A DNA stretch of 63,740 nt, the filler included, from Choristocarpus tenellus KU-1152 (taxonomy: Eukaryota; Protista; Phaeophyceae): the NCBI GenBank assembly GCA_964200185.2. It is 12 parts of 12 records of this genome, joined end to end, with 100 filler letters (N's around TTAATTAATTAA, not from the genome) between each part and the next. Parts side by side here need not be neighbours in the genome. Positions count along the whole stretch, not along the records: positions 50,080 to 57,287 come from CAXNAD020006535.1; positions 57,388 to 60,505 come from CAXNAD020022201.1; positions 60,606 to 63,740 come from CAXNAD020022073.1; 9 more parts are not named here. One strand, given 5' to 3'. The first letter of the stretch is position 1; every line of letters begins with the position of its first letter. Under the pieces are notes generated by a model, which had not been told where the DNA came from, did no database searches, and saw only the letters and a program-made list of their open reading frames with translations. The position numbers and the translations under genes are program-made. Shown piece by piece: positions 51,439 to 63,740 of the stretch.

Positions 51439-54400
51439 ATGTTTGAAGGGTTTATATCGTCGCTCCTCACCCGCTTACTGGGCGAGTACGTGGAGGAAGG
51501 AAGTTTCAGCAGGGAGACCTTGCGAGTGGGAGTATGGAGCGGTGAGACTGATTGAAATTGTAGTGGTTACGACGTTGGGACTTCCGTCCTCCCCCAGTTC
51601 TTGTCTCCTTCTCACGACCGTGTTTATGGCGCAATAGAAATTTCGAGGATAATATCAGCAGCCTGATATAATCGGGATTATTGAACGTTCTGTTGCATGT
51701 CTTTCGAACCCTGTGTTACCTAAAAATTGCATTCTCCCTATAACGTACACTCCACCATGTTTGTCACTTGGAGTCTCACAAGCCCCACTGGCTTGATTAA
51801 ATACCCTTCAGCTATATCCGTCTTCTAATCAAGAAATCGAACCTCATACTTAAGCTAGTGCGTGAAAGGATATGAAGTACAAGGACTGCTTGAGTTTTCT
51901 CACTGAGGTTCTACCTGCTTCCAGTCTCCTTGACACCTCCCGTCAGTCTTCCCCGCTCATCGACCTTTCCCTATTATATTATTTCTGAAGGTCTCGTGGT
52001 CCTAGAGAACATGCAGATCAAGAAAGATCTTCTTGACAAGCTGGGACTTCCTTTGACCCTCAGTCGTGGGATCATTGGCAGGCTGGAACTCCATATTCCC
52101 TGGAGCAACCTATGGAAGGACCCCATCGTTGTTGTCATTAATAGAGTGAGTGCCTTTCCCCATCAGCTAGGAAAGTGGAAAGATTACCAGGAAACTGATC
52201 TTGTGCCTCCACCATTCGAAACATGGAAAACTATGCAGTCTACTTGCATGTGCCATACCTCAGTGTAGCCGGTACTGTATGGACTGGCAATGTGTCCTTG
52301 GATATGTTTTTGATGGGTTTCCCATGGTGTTGAACTTATTTCTTCCCGTCTTCGCTCCATCCCCTTTTGTACTCCTACGAGCCTTCTCACTCCCTTGCTC
52401 TGACCTAGCGACTGCTATTGTTAAGAGTGCTTTTTTGTCGATTTGCAGTCTGGGAGAGTTTTTACGATCCGCGCTCCATCATCTCTCTCAAGGTGTTCCT
52501 TGTGGTCGAACCCAAGTATGAATGGGATGAACGTGCCATGAAGAGGCGGGAGCAGGCCATCAAGAGGTCGAAAATTGCTTCGGCAGAGATCTTTCGCCTT
52601 TCTCCGCACCTTGGCATTGCACAGGAGGAAGGGAGTTCCCGACCAGGTGGTGGTGGGAAAGGTGGGGATTGTTTGGTTGCTAGGAGGACATGTTTTGAGG
52701 AAAGGACCAGTGAAACTGCAAGAAAAGTGTGACCTTGTCTGTTGTCAGCGGATTGAACATCAGAGGCGCATTGTGTGGTGTTGACTGAAATTGACCAGCT
52801 TGATGATGTTGTCTTGCGTCATGGGTGTTGGGCAAACATTACTACCTATGAAGTCTGTGTATCTGTGCCTGTGTCTGTGTGTCTGTGTGTCTGTGCCTGT
52901 GTGTCCGTGCCTGTGTGTCTTGTGTATGCAAGTTGCGTAAGCGATCAAGAAATGCATCAAGCAAACGCCTTCTTGCCTGGTACTTGACAGAGTTCAAATA
53001 TGATCCGTGAAATGCTGGCCTACATGGGCCTCCTTATACCCCCTAAAAGCTCACCACTGCGGTCCTTCCCTAACCCTATTATATATTTGGGGTGATACAC
53101 ACTCACACACATGGGATGCAGGAGGAAGTACAAGTGCCGGAGGTGCCGGGGGTGGGGGAAAATGGAGCTTGGGTGTGCAGAAGCGAGTGATGGAATTTCT
53201 CATTACTAAGATAGTAGACTCAGTTCAGGTTCACGTTGAAGAGGTACACCTTCGCTACGAGGTGAGATGAGAGGAGGTGCACCTCTTTTTGTCATTATTT
53301 TTGCGCACCGAAAAGCAAGGTGCGGGTGACCCTTCTTGACCTTTGTCGTGAAAGAGAGACGGGAAATTTCTTCGCGCAGCGCAAACTTGCACACCATGTT
53401 TTCTGATTGCGATCGGCTGATGCGATTTTTTATTTGGACGCATTTTTTTTTTTTGAGAGGTGGAAGTGGAAAAGAGAGAGAGAGAGAGAGAGAGAGAGAA
53501 GCGATTCCTGTTCTTTCTTCTGTGGTTGAAGGTTTTTTATTTTTTTTATTTTTTTGGAGTGGTAGGACTTTTACCGTGGGACTTTTCGGTTTGAGAGTGT
53601 ATGAGTGCAAGAAGTAATCTTTTCGTGGGTACATTGTAATCTTGTACCCCTTTCTGCAGGGTGTAAGTACATTGCAAGCATGACGGTGTCATAGATAAGG
53701 GGAGCAATGATGGTGTACACACAATGATGGTGTACACACAATGATGGTGTACACATGTCGCTTGTGCAGTGTGCTCTACTACTGTTTTTTGCACCACGTT
53801 CTTATCTACTCCGAGCCTTTGTTGTGGCATCCCAAGGCATACCTTAACTGTGTTAATGTTACTGCCAAGCGCCTATCATACATTATTGTACCCTCTGTGG
53901 TAAGGTACTGCAATCCTGTACTTACAGGAAATCTCTTTTGTGCAATGGGGAGCCGAGGTGCATTTTTTTTTTTTTTTTTTTTTTATTTTTTAAAAAAAAT
54001 TTTAGAAAAATTTTATCTTTTCTTTTTTTTTTTTTTTTTTTTTTTTATAAAATTTNNNNNNNNNNTGGGGAGCCGAGGTGCATTTTTTTTTTTTATTGTT
54101 CTCGATATTAAAAAAAAAATTGCAGAAAGATCCAAGCTACCCTGTGTGTTCATCTACTATTTTGTCAAAGAGTATTAATAGAGGAGCTACTTGTAAAGTG
54201 TGAAAAATATATGAAGCAGATGTAAAATTTGCTCCACTATGCCAAGGTATACCCCTAAAATGCATGCTGATTGGTTGTGTCGACACTCCGGCATCCCCGG
54301 AGTATCCAAGAGTACTTTATTCCATGTGCTTCGTGTGTCCATGGCAATATGCTTTCTATGTACTTTAGGGACCTACATGATTAGGTTGTTCGAATGAGTT

Positions 54401-55826
54401 TACTGTCCTTGTTGCTGTTGGACTTCTTTCCTCATCCCTCTTATGAGTGTGGCCATCCATCCTCAAGGTTTTGTTGGTGTTGCTGTGAAGGTATGAAGGC
54501 AAGGGTCTGTTGCACTTGATTGCTTCCTTTGAACTCTATACTTTCATTTCTATGCTTCCGACTCTGTATTTTTGTGAGTTGAAGTCCATACTGTGTGCTT
54601 TGTACCTTGTACTTTGTATTTTGTTCTTTGTACTTTGTACTCTGTGCATTGACTTCCGCACGTTGTACTGTGTGCCTTGTACGTTGTACCTTGTACTTTG
54701 TATTTTGTTCTTTGTACTTTGTACTCTGTGCATTGAATTCCGCACTTTGTACTTTGAACCTTGAACTCCGTACTTCGTACTTTGAACTCCGTACTTTAAT
54801 CTGTGTGTGTTACTTTCCTTTTTTTTCTTAATCCCTACTCTGTTCCACAAGTATACATACAACTCTTGTACAAGGTGACCCTGCAAATCAAGAGCAGGTG
54901 CCTGTCTCTCCAACCTCAATACATCTTGTGCAAATTAGTAATTAATTGTACACACCACAGTACACACCACAAGGCCTTCGCTGCAGGTGCTGATAGATAA
55001 CCCCCTCCAACCTCAACCCTACAGTACTCCTTAACCCCCTCCAACCCATGTCCTTCCCCACCCACTATTGTTTTGTTTATAGTGAAACAACAACGGGTAA
55101 GCAAGAACAAAAAAAGTACTTTTAAAAAAATATATTTTTTTCGACACGGATCTCGCCTCTCCCACAACACCCAAAAAATTATATTGTAGGAAGGCGTTAC
55201 ACCTGACTGGGTAGTTGTGGCGGGGCTGGGATACCAGGCAGGTCAGAAGATTGTTTTACGTCAGGGCCGGGTCGTGCAAGGACTGCAGGAATTCCGGCAT
55301 GGTCAGGCCACGAGTTGGCTCAGTGTATTTTTGTTGTGCAAGGGTTAGGGTTAGGATCATAGGAGTCTTGGCGGTTTTGGGTCGTGAGCCTATTTGGGTA
55401 GGGCATAATTTGGAAAGGACCGGGTCGGATCTTAATTTTTGGATGGGGTGCACCATGTGTGTGTTTAAAATTAAAAATTAAAAAAAGTAAGAAGTGAGAA
55501 ATATGCGATATGAGTGCAAGTTGAAGAGTTTTGATCGGGGGAGTGTTTTTATATCTCGTTTAAAAAAAATAAAATAATTTAATGCGAAAAGTCAACTGAT
55601 TATAGATATTATTCCGTTGAACAGGATGCTTGATATATGTATATAATAATTTAAAGAAATATGTATGTATGGTGTATGATATATTTTCTCCAAGTATTTG
55701 AATGGAAGTTAGTGTGTTTTGATCTTTGTATGTTCTGCAAAACACTTAACGTCATTTAGTTTGGGTGATATGTTTGGAAAATGTCTCGAGCGCCTGTTTC
55801 TTTCTATTGTACAATTTGTTACATAC

Positions 55827-55861
<35 letters not shown>

Positions 55862-57182
55862 TAATAATAGTGGCTATTTGTCAATAGGTAACATTTTTAA
55901 ATTTTCTACAACAGTATAACATTTATTTTTGGTAACAGAAATCAGAAGTCAGAAGTCAGAAATCAGAAAATCAGAAATCAGAAATCAATCTGGGTCACGA
56001 CTCAGAGAACATTTTATTTTTATTAAGGCTGGTCTGATAAAAGTGTGATTTAACCTGACTGGTTTAGGAACCCCCCCCCCCCCCGACAGGACAGGACCAG
56101 GCCTGTCCACGGCCAAGTTGATGTATCTTCTAACAGGACCAGGCCAGGCATGCAAAAAATGCAATTGAAATTAGCTGCAGTATGGGTTGACATAAAGGGT
56201 GTTTCAGGGCGTAGGAGGCGTATTGGTGCTTTAAGTGGCTCGTCCCCTGGTCTCCCCAGGCCGGCCTGACCAACTGCCAGTCTGGTGTAAAGCCCTGAAT
56301 CGTAGACCCTGTAGAGAGACGCTGTGTCATGGGAGTTGATAAAAAAAGTGAGGGCGTGATGCCAATCTGTGTATCAAGCAGAAGTTAGAAACGATCGATA
56401 AGCATTTATATATATATATAAATATATACTCCAATTTTTTTCGTTTTGAAAAGCAGACTCTTCTGTATCATACTACAGTAATACTCTTTTGGAACACTAC
56501 ATAAACTTCGTTTTAGTAATGCCCTATTTCAATGGACGTACCAACCAACTGACACTGCTCAATCCTCCTTGCGCTACTCCTCTCCCCACCCCCACCACAC
56601 ACCCCATCGTGTGTGTATATGTTTCTCCCCGATGCTGATTCTTCTCCGTGGAACTCAATTCGGTTTTGGTACATATATATGTATATGTACATGTATGTAT
56701 ATATACATATATACATATACATATATATATATATATACATACATACATATATATACATTTGCCCTTGCTGTAATGACTTCTTCACACACACCAAAGGACC
56801 ACATCTCCCACACCAGCTCACCTTTCTATGTCGGAGTGACACTCGAGTCCCTTCACCTTCAGTCCACCTACCGAGGTCCAGAACCGGGTACCGGAGATAG
56901 CGCCGCCTCCAGTCTTGGTCTAGCTGCCCCCCCCCCCGCAGACGTGACTGACAGCGACGAGGAGGTCTCTTCGGAAGGGGCGAGAGATGGGCAGACAGGG
57001 TGGGGTATCGGGAGGGTTGCCAGTGGCTCGTTGGGGAGGGGGGGACGTAATGAGCACTTGGTGAAGAAAGTGGTGCAGCTGAATCACTTGGCCGTGTACT
57101 GGAACCCTGCCGAGGCTGGTAATCCGTGCTCAATCCATGTGTCAGATCTTCCAGTGGAGGAGGCGGAAGTGGTCATCTGTAG
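51439..57182 (+). CDS. VPS13: VPS13 (chorein-N) lipid transfer protein, first 5 exons, 3'-partial
   Basis: Exons 51439-51541, 51991-52145, 52493-52646, 53122-53261 and 56797-57182, phase-consistent GT-AG. Reads MFEGFISSLLTRLLGEYVEE...LRVGVWSGLVVLENMQIKKDLLDKLGLPLTLSRGIIGRLELHIPWSNL...KIVDSVQVHVEEVHLRYED...FYVGVTLESL...KVVQLNHLAVYWN. Confidence 0.93.
53705..53755. repeat. 17-bp tandem repeat x3
   Basis: CAATGATGGTGTACACA x3. Confidence 0.9.
54560..54797. repeat. 7-bp satellite (TGTACTT variants) with 84-bp higher-order duplication
   Basis: More than 25 in-register heptamers. The block TGTACCTTGTACTTTGTATTTTGTTCTTTGTACTTTGTACTCTGTGCATTGA recurs 84 bp apart. Confidence 0.85.
56670..56757. repeat. 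(TA/CA) microsatellite
   Basis: Direct reading. Other simple repeats at 52855-52925, 53473-53498, 55827-55868, 55937-55988, 58660-58705 and 61343-61390. Confidence 0.9.
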
Positions 57183-57387
57183 GTGAGGATAAGGATTGGT
57201 TTTCCCCCCCGCACCCCCGCTCCCCCCCCCCCCCCAGGATTGCCCCCCCCTGTGGTTTTTGGTGGTGGTCCGGGGTTTTTCGGTTTTNNNNNNNNNNNNN
57301 NNNNNNNNNNNNNNNNNNNNNNNNNNNNNNNTTAATTAATTAANNNNNNNNNNNNNNNNNNNNNNNNNNNNNNNNNNNNNNNNNNNN

Positions 57388-57459
57388 CCCAAAAAGGATT
57401 GTTTGGCCGAAACGGATGCCCCCTCACAAACCACCCCACCCCCCAAGATACTTTGACCC
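57388..57459. mobile_element. MITE family C, opposite terminus
   Basis: Reverse complement matches 26010-26060. Ends GATACTTTGACCC. Confidence 0.7.
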
Positions 57460-58003
57460 CTGGCTGTTGCTGCAGCTCCCTTGATTACAACAAGGTCCTT
57501 TTGAGATGACTGGGTTTGGGTTGAACTCCTTCAATAATAGCAAAGGTTCAGCACTACTGTAGTGAAGAAGGGGACTAAGAGGATCGACAATATCGACAAA
57601 TGGGTCGCCTGATCTCAAAGCAGTCCGTACAGTCTCCACAATCGATGCCGACTCATGACCGTATTATCTAATATGGAAGTGGCGGAGGGCTTTTAGATCA
57701 TCTTCTTAGTTACGGGAAGGACAACACCCTACAAGAGATCACACTATTCGAATAATATTCCATTCAATATTATTGTGAGTTGATAGGAGAAGATGAACAG
57801 AAGTAGACAGGGTACATCTAACATACTTTTACTCGCGTACGTACTTGTTGGAGGGAAGTAGGGTCTGCATCATCATGTTCATGTTCAATATTGAGTGTTG
57901 AGACATGAAACAACGTGAGTATGTGTTAATTAATTACCCAGTCATTGTGTCATACAATCAAATCAAGTATGAAGAACAAAGGCAGAAGATATATTCTTCC
58001 TAT

Positions 58004-58068
58004 TATTTATATTATTATGCCCTCTAACATTTTGAAGATGTGTCAGGGGGGAAACCAATGAAAATTAT
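58004..58068 (-). mobile_element. 65-nt RLE-LINE 3' end with 15-bp TSD
   Basis: ATATATTCTTCCTAT at 57989-58003 and 58069-58083. Confidence 0.85.
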
Positions 58069-58391
58069 ATATATTCTTCCTATAGTTTCACTAACAAAGT
58101 AAGCCTTATAGATATATATATGGATACAACATGAGATTTTTTTGGAGAAATGTGCGAAGTTCAACCCCATTGCCATGACCGTCCGTCCAGCCGTCAGCGA
58201 AGATCCAAGTACAATATATGCTTAAGAGAGCAGGTTGGTTTGGTTTGGTTTGGAATCGAGAGCCACATCGCTAAACCCCAAAGGGGTTGTGAACTACTAG
58301 CAGATACATTAGCAACTACTAGCAAATACATTACCTGGGACCGAGAACACCATGATCAGCCTTCCTCCCCTCCTCGAGATGTTTCCCCTAG

Positions 58392-58672
58392 ATACCTTTC
58401 CTCAACAAGAAATCGGTACAGGTTTCTACGTCCAACGACTCAATGGACCAAAGGCGGATGAAACAGCAGTGGTGGCGGGAGATATGCTGGACGAATGTCG
58501 GTCAATCGCTCGCAGTCGGGGGAGTAGCGATGGAGTAATCGACGCTGAGCCTTTCCATGTGGATGACCTACCTCCAGTGAAAGCGGCTGCAGAGGTGATG
58601 CTTTTGTTTTTGCATTGTTTCCAAGGTTGAAGTAGAGAGAAATAGGAGCACATGCGCGTGCACACGCACAAA

Positions 58673-58705
<33 letters not shown>

Positions 58706-60336
58706 GAAGAGGGGGAGAGATAGGGGGAGGGGGAGATAGTCGATAGGGGTGAGGGGGCGCGTGTGTAGGTCGCATTTATCGTATATGCATGTAGGATGGG
58801 GTGTGCACGAATCTGACTCCTGTTTGACTGGCTTCAAGTGCAGCTGTTGAAGCACGCCTTTTCAATCTCCATATTTGTCGGAGAAGGTTCCTCTCCTGGG
58901 TAACTCTTGTCCATTCTACTATTTGTGTGGTTCTCGACCATAACAAGATCGTGATTGTCTCTCAGGGATCGGCACTTTAGCGATGTCCTGACTCTCATGC
59001 TGCTTGCTCCGCCATAAGGATGGTCTATTTCACGTCTATGACAGGATTGCAGTTGCAAAACATGACTTAGTGTCTTGGAGTATAGATAGATGACTTTCAG
59101 CGGGCTCTCCTTAATGAGGAGAGTGCTCCGCCATGTCATCCCCTGTGCCTATCCCTTGCTAGGGTAGTTTTTTTGTTGTTGCCTGTCCTCGGTTCTAGTA
59201 ACTCCTCGCTGAACATCTTACCCTCCACCCTATACAGAATATGCTTCAGTACTATTTTTTCTCAGCGTGCAGTGAAGATGAAGTATGGGAATGGAGTTCC
59301 TGAGATTTCCTTCAACGTCCGCATCATCGCTCAACTCTAGACGAGCATCTGAACTTTAGTTCCTATTTCTTTCTTGAGAATGACATCTCTGTCGTTGGTC
59401 GATCAATTGACACAGAACCTTTTTTAAAACATGGTGTGCTGAAACACTTACTTATGGTGGTTGGTTGATACAGGATGTGCAATCATACCTACCAGGCACC
59501 TTACGCACGACACGTGTGCTGTGACCACCAAGATCACAGATTTCTAAACCATTTCCTTCTATACTCCTTCGAAAATGCACGTGTCAGAAAATGCTCAACA
59601 CTGAACTCTTGCTGGAATGATGTTATCATGGGCAAAATGTTACATGGTATGTTTGTCCCTCCCTTCCAATTCCGTGCCCGCAAGCCTCCCTTGCCCTCTC
59701 TCCATCCCACTTCCGATTTGCCTTTCCTCTTCCTCGCCCTACCTACCCCCTGCCACACTCCACCTGTCCAATTCAATCCCACTCTCCCCCCCCCAACCCA
59801 TAAAGCTTTTTGACCGTTCGTCCTGTCCTCGCAAGGTCCCCATCCTGCCGGTACTCGTAGCTCGCGTTAGAAACGCCTCCTTACGTGCGACGCGTTTCTA
59901 ATATATTATTACTTCTTATAATTATATATTTATGTATCCACGAAGAGTCATTCGAACAAAGAGTTGGCGAATACGGCACCCCTGTCTCTCACACAAAACA
60001 AATAACTCCCTTCCCTTCCCTTCCCTTCCAGGTCTTTTTTTTTTACCACCTCTCTCCTCTCACTTCCTCCCTGACTCCGCTTTGTCCGTTCACTCAATTC
60101 TCTTATTTATTTTCCGTTGTTTTTTTTAAATGCATATATAAATATGTATGTGTGTGTGCGTGTGCGTTGAACATGTTTTTTTTCCCCCGCATCAGGGTGG
60201 GGTGTTGATCCTCAGGAACGAAATGCTGTTTCCGGGAATGGTGGGAGTGGTCTTGGCTCAGAAGGGCACCCTCTGGGTGAGGGAGGACGGCACTCTCAAC
60301 AGCAGCGGCTTCTTCAGGAAGCAAATACCCAAGTGA
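58392..60336 (+). CDS. Two exons of an unidentified protein gene (partial)
   Basis: Exons 58392-58594 and 60196-60332/60336 with good polypyrimidine-AG and GT sites. Phase-0 join ...PPVKAAAE|GGVLILRNEMLFPGMVGVVLAQKGTLWVREDG... Confidence 0.55.
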
Positions 60337-61342
60337 GCAAAAGCTATGACGGTGGCGGGAGGAACCAGAGGAAGCGCCATTTTGATGTGGTTGTTCATAT
60401 TCGCAGGGAGAACAGTAGCATCTCTCTCCTCTCCGAGGTAGGGGAGTACTCCACTGATGAGATTCCCCCCCCCCCCCCCCCCCTCCTTTTGGTGTGAGGG
60501 GTTTGNNNNNNNNNNNNNNNNNNNNNNNNNNNNNNNNNNNNNNNNNNNNTTAATTAATTAANNNNNNNNNNNNNNNNNNNNNNNNNNNNNNNNNNNNNNN
60601 NNNNNATTCATTCATCACCCTCTGCAACTACCCGAGTTACAGTTTATTCTGCAACTTTTAGATGAATCGGAGTTCCCCCTTTTGGGGTTCCCCACGCGTG
60701 TTTGCTGCTCGCGCTAGTCAAAGCGCGGGAAGAAATACTCTCGTTATTCGCCTGTAACAGTAGAGCAAATACATTACATACACACCCAATACGATTCAAC
60801 CAGCCCTGTTCATGAGTAATGGTCATCTTTTTTTGATCAGTTTTATGACGGAAATGTTCCCATTGCAGTTTCCAGTCCCAGTGTATTGTTGGGCACACGT
60901 GAATCGTTTCCTTTAAGTATCTTTGGACAGTGAAAGCTTATATCTGCCCTTGTTCTTGTCTTGATCCACTAGTCAAGCAAGATCAGTCATGGAATATTCA
61001 TGAACAAACCTAACTGGCATTGGTGTGTGACCTTGAGGGGGAATATCATTCCAAATTTGTGGTTGGAGTAGACAGCATCGACCTTTCCATGGGTAGAATT
61101 AGTCCCTACCCTCTCACTCCAGTTGATATCCGTGTATCAACTCTTCACAAATATCCAAATCCTTCTCTCCTCGTTAGTCTTTCACCTCCTGGATACGTCA
61201 AAGGTGGGTGTGGCACAATACTGGACACTTCACTGGTGCTCTACTGCGAAGAGCTCGAGGTATGTGCATCATTTTCAGTGGTAGAAAGTTCTACCGAGTC
61301 GTTAAATTCTGTCCTATTGTAGGTTCCACTTCCACAAAAGAA

Positions 61343-61382
<40 letters not shown>

Positions 61383-61453
61383 TTGTGTGTGTATTCTGTA
61401 CTCACCCCACTTCGGACACAGTTTGCCACCGGGACACTGTTTGAGTGTCATAT

Positions 61454-61810
61454 GAGTGAAAATATCGTAGAGGGTACGAGGTTTGCCCTGTTTGTCCGTT
61501 TGGAGCTTGGCTTCCCATAGGTTTTTAAGACATTTTACCTACTCAGAAATGTTTTGGAGTGGGTAAAGTGTGTACGTTATGAAAAGGTGTGTTTGGCGTA
61601 AGGATATTGACATTTCTTTAGGGCTTATACTGACATATGTATAGTCTTCATTTGTTTCCCCCCTAACACATCTACAAAATGTCAGAGGGCATATTAATAA
61701 AAATATTGACACTTCCTAACAAACACCACAGCCAAAATTACATCAAAATCGAAACATTGGATTTTGGTCCCCAAACGGACGCGGCTCTACCCTCTAAGAT
61801 ACTTTTGGCT
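61454..61810 (-). mobile_element. MITE family A, complete, with a nested LINE 3' end
   Basis: GAGTGAAAATATC...GATACTTTTGGCT with TSD ATAT. Confidence 0.9.
61613..61702 (+). mobile_element. 90-nt RLE-LINE 3' end inserted in MITE A
   Basis: ATATTGACA duplicated at 61604-61612 and 61703-61711. Other A copies carry it once. Confidence 0.85.
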
Positions 61811-62140
61811 ATATGTGAATATGAGGATTGGATTGATATTTCGAAAAGAGAAAGAATGGTTCTGTTCCCCTCTCTGCACGTAAGACTCGACTGGATATGT
61901 CTGTGTTGCTGGTACAAAACGTTTGAGTAAAGATCTACACATCAAGGACAAGTTTCAGTGAGGATGTCACAGCAGTGACTGTTCCTGTCTTACCTACCTA
62001 CGTCAGAGATGGAAAAGACCACCAGCTATATTTCTGGGCCATCTGTGTCAACATGCGTTGCCATGAGTATCTGTTGATCATTGGCCTTCTCTTTGAACGC
62101 ATTGGCATGTTTGGTTCCAGTTGCTATTGTAAATTGAAGT

Positions 62141-63356
62141 CTTGTTGCTACGACATTTTCGTGATGATGTTGCTTGCTGGCTTTGTATCCAAGGTTCCAT
62201 ACTGGACCTTAGCTTCTTGGTTCTTGTTGAATGCCACCAGTGCAGAGATTCACCGCATTGTGGAGGCAAAGTTGAAAGAAGCATTGCTGATATGGAAAGT
62301 GAGGGTGGTATCAGACAAGAACCCGATCGTAATCCCAAGGTTGTGTGATATTGGAGGCCAAATTTCCAGCTCAAATACCAAAATAATATCGATGCTTGAG
62401 ATGCGCAAATATTGCACTGTCCATGAGTTTCCTCCAAACAACATGCATTTCAAAGTATCTACTTTATTCTGTCACATCTATAGCTTTATCTCAACTTGGT
62501 GTGTGGTACAGGGACGATTTCACCTACTGACTTGTTGTTGTATTTGGCGGGCATTAAGGTGATATTTGACAGAGGTCTATGAAGTATATGATGACTGATG
62601 GTCACCATAAATTACACATCCTCCATCTTCTCTTGAGTTTATAATATAGAAGCAAAATTTCGACGACTACAATATCACAACAGAGACAATAGCATGGATT
62701 AATTGCACAATGAGTAGCTTGCCGCCAGGGTTTTTGCTGCACAAGTATGGGCTGGATGCTGCATTAGGTACTCGCTACGATATTGAGCACTCACAATCCT
62801 GATGCAAGCTGAATGGAGTTGGGAGTTTGTTGGAACATGGAGAGAAGATGGAGGATATATTGTTATTGCTCGCCATCAGTTGACATGAGCTTCATAGACC
62901 TTGATCAAATATCACCTCAATGTCTGGCAAAGAAATTACATACGACAGTATGTCACTAAGTAAAATCGTCCTTGTACCACACACCAGCTTGAGATAAAGC
63001 TATAGATGGAACAGATTGGAGTGGGTACTTGGAAATGCATTTTGTACGGAGGGAACCCATGGACAGTGCAATATGCATGCATTTCAAGCATCGACACTGT
63101 TTTCGTTTTTGAGCTGGAAAGTCTGGCATCCACTATTGCACCACCTTGGGATTATGATCACTTTCTTCTTGACTTATACTACCCTTACTTTGCATAATTT
63201 GCAATGCTTCTTCCCATATTGCCCCCACAATGCTGTGAATCTCTGCACTGGTGGCATTCAACAAGAGCCAAGAAGCTAAGGCCCAGTGTGGAACCTCTGA
63301 TATCTGCAGCAAAGCCAGCAAGCAACATCAAGAGGAAAGCATTGTCACAACAAGAG
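62141..63356. repeat. Diverged ~500-bp inverted duplication
   Basis: 62141-62632 matches the reverse complement of 62842-63356, with a ~210-bp spacer. Confidence 0.85.
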
Positions 63357-63463
63357 CTCTATTTTTGATGTTTACTGGCATTGAACATTCAATGTGTTAG
63401 AAGACCGGAAATGATGGTCAATCACTCGTGACGTCTCAACGAGTCCTACAAAGGCTCGGTTCA

Positions 63464-63659
63464 TTGCTTTGGATTCCTTGGTGTTTTATAATTAAATTAA
63501 TAACCCGTCACTCTCAATATTTTCCTCAATTCACCAAGTTGAGGTTGTGTTGTACGCATATCTGTCAATAGGGATCAAAGTGATCCAAAACGCTTTCAGG
63601 AGAAATGAGATCAATGAGTAGTTCATTTTTAGCAAAAAATACCAAGGAATCCAAAGCAA
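63464..63659. mobile_element. Putative MITE (196 bp)
   Basis: Perfect 19-bp TIR TTGCTTTGGATTCCTTGGT / ACCAAGGAATCCAAAGCAA. No clear TSD. Confidence 0.6.
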
Positions 63660-63740
63660 CTACTAACAGCGTCTTCCTTGGAGGTCTCGTGTTAAAACAT
63701 GGGCTACTCATTTGTTTCTTGTTGATATGATACACAATAC

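Noticed and set aside
53946-54095. Duplicated TGGGGAGCCGAGGTGCATTTTT around the 10-N gap
   Set aside because: Most likely overlapping low-quality contig ends at a poly-T tract.
54510-54919. Repetitive ORFs in the track (LCTLYFV..., VQSTK...)
   Set aside because: Translations of the heptamer satellite.
60644-61314. Minus-strand exon-like frame with several TAG/TGA stops (stop reassignment?)
   Set aside because: TMEM184 and VPS13 exons have no in-frame stops. This is more simply non-coding or pseudogenic.
62520-62630. SVKYHLNA on the minus strand as a BED finger
   Set aside because: The Cys/His ligands are not intact in either arm; evidence too weak.

Overview
This is eukaryotic, repeat-rich DNA, not one contiguous locus. 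Twelve contigs are joined by an artificial 100-nt linker (N44-TTAATTAATTAA-N44), so adjacency across linkers is not evidence of linkage. Long GT-AG introns, short TTAGGG-type tracts and the transposon types suggest a stramenopile, probably a brown alga (inference). Host genes supported by manual splicing: a complete 9-coding-exon TMEM184/OSTalpha-family gene (minus, 426 aa), the first 5 exons of VPS13, the 3' part of a coiled-coil gene, two exons of an unknown gene, a possible sulfotransferase pseudogene, and tRNA-Pro(TGG). Mobile DNA: two Ty3/Gypsy pol relics, an RTE-like LINE relic, an RLE-type (CRE/R2-like) LINE family, two spliced Sola2-like transposase relics, three related MITE families with 4-bp TSDs, and other TIR elements. 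The most interesting signal is the RLE LINE 3' end. It occurs as very short (about 20-90 nt) inserts with TSDs and 5' microhomology. Twice it forms head-to-head pairs with both tails pointing outward at an apparently palindromic TATA site, which mimics a MITE. All family assignments come from reading motifs by eye; no database search was run.
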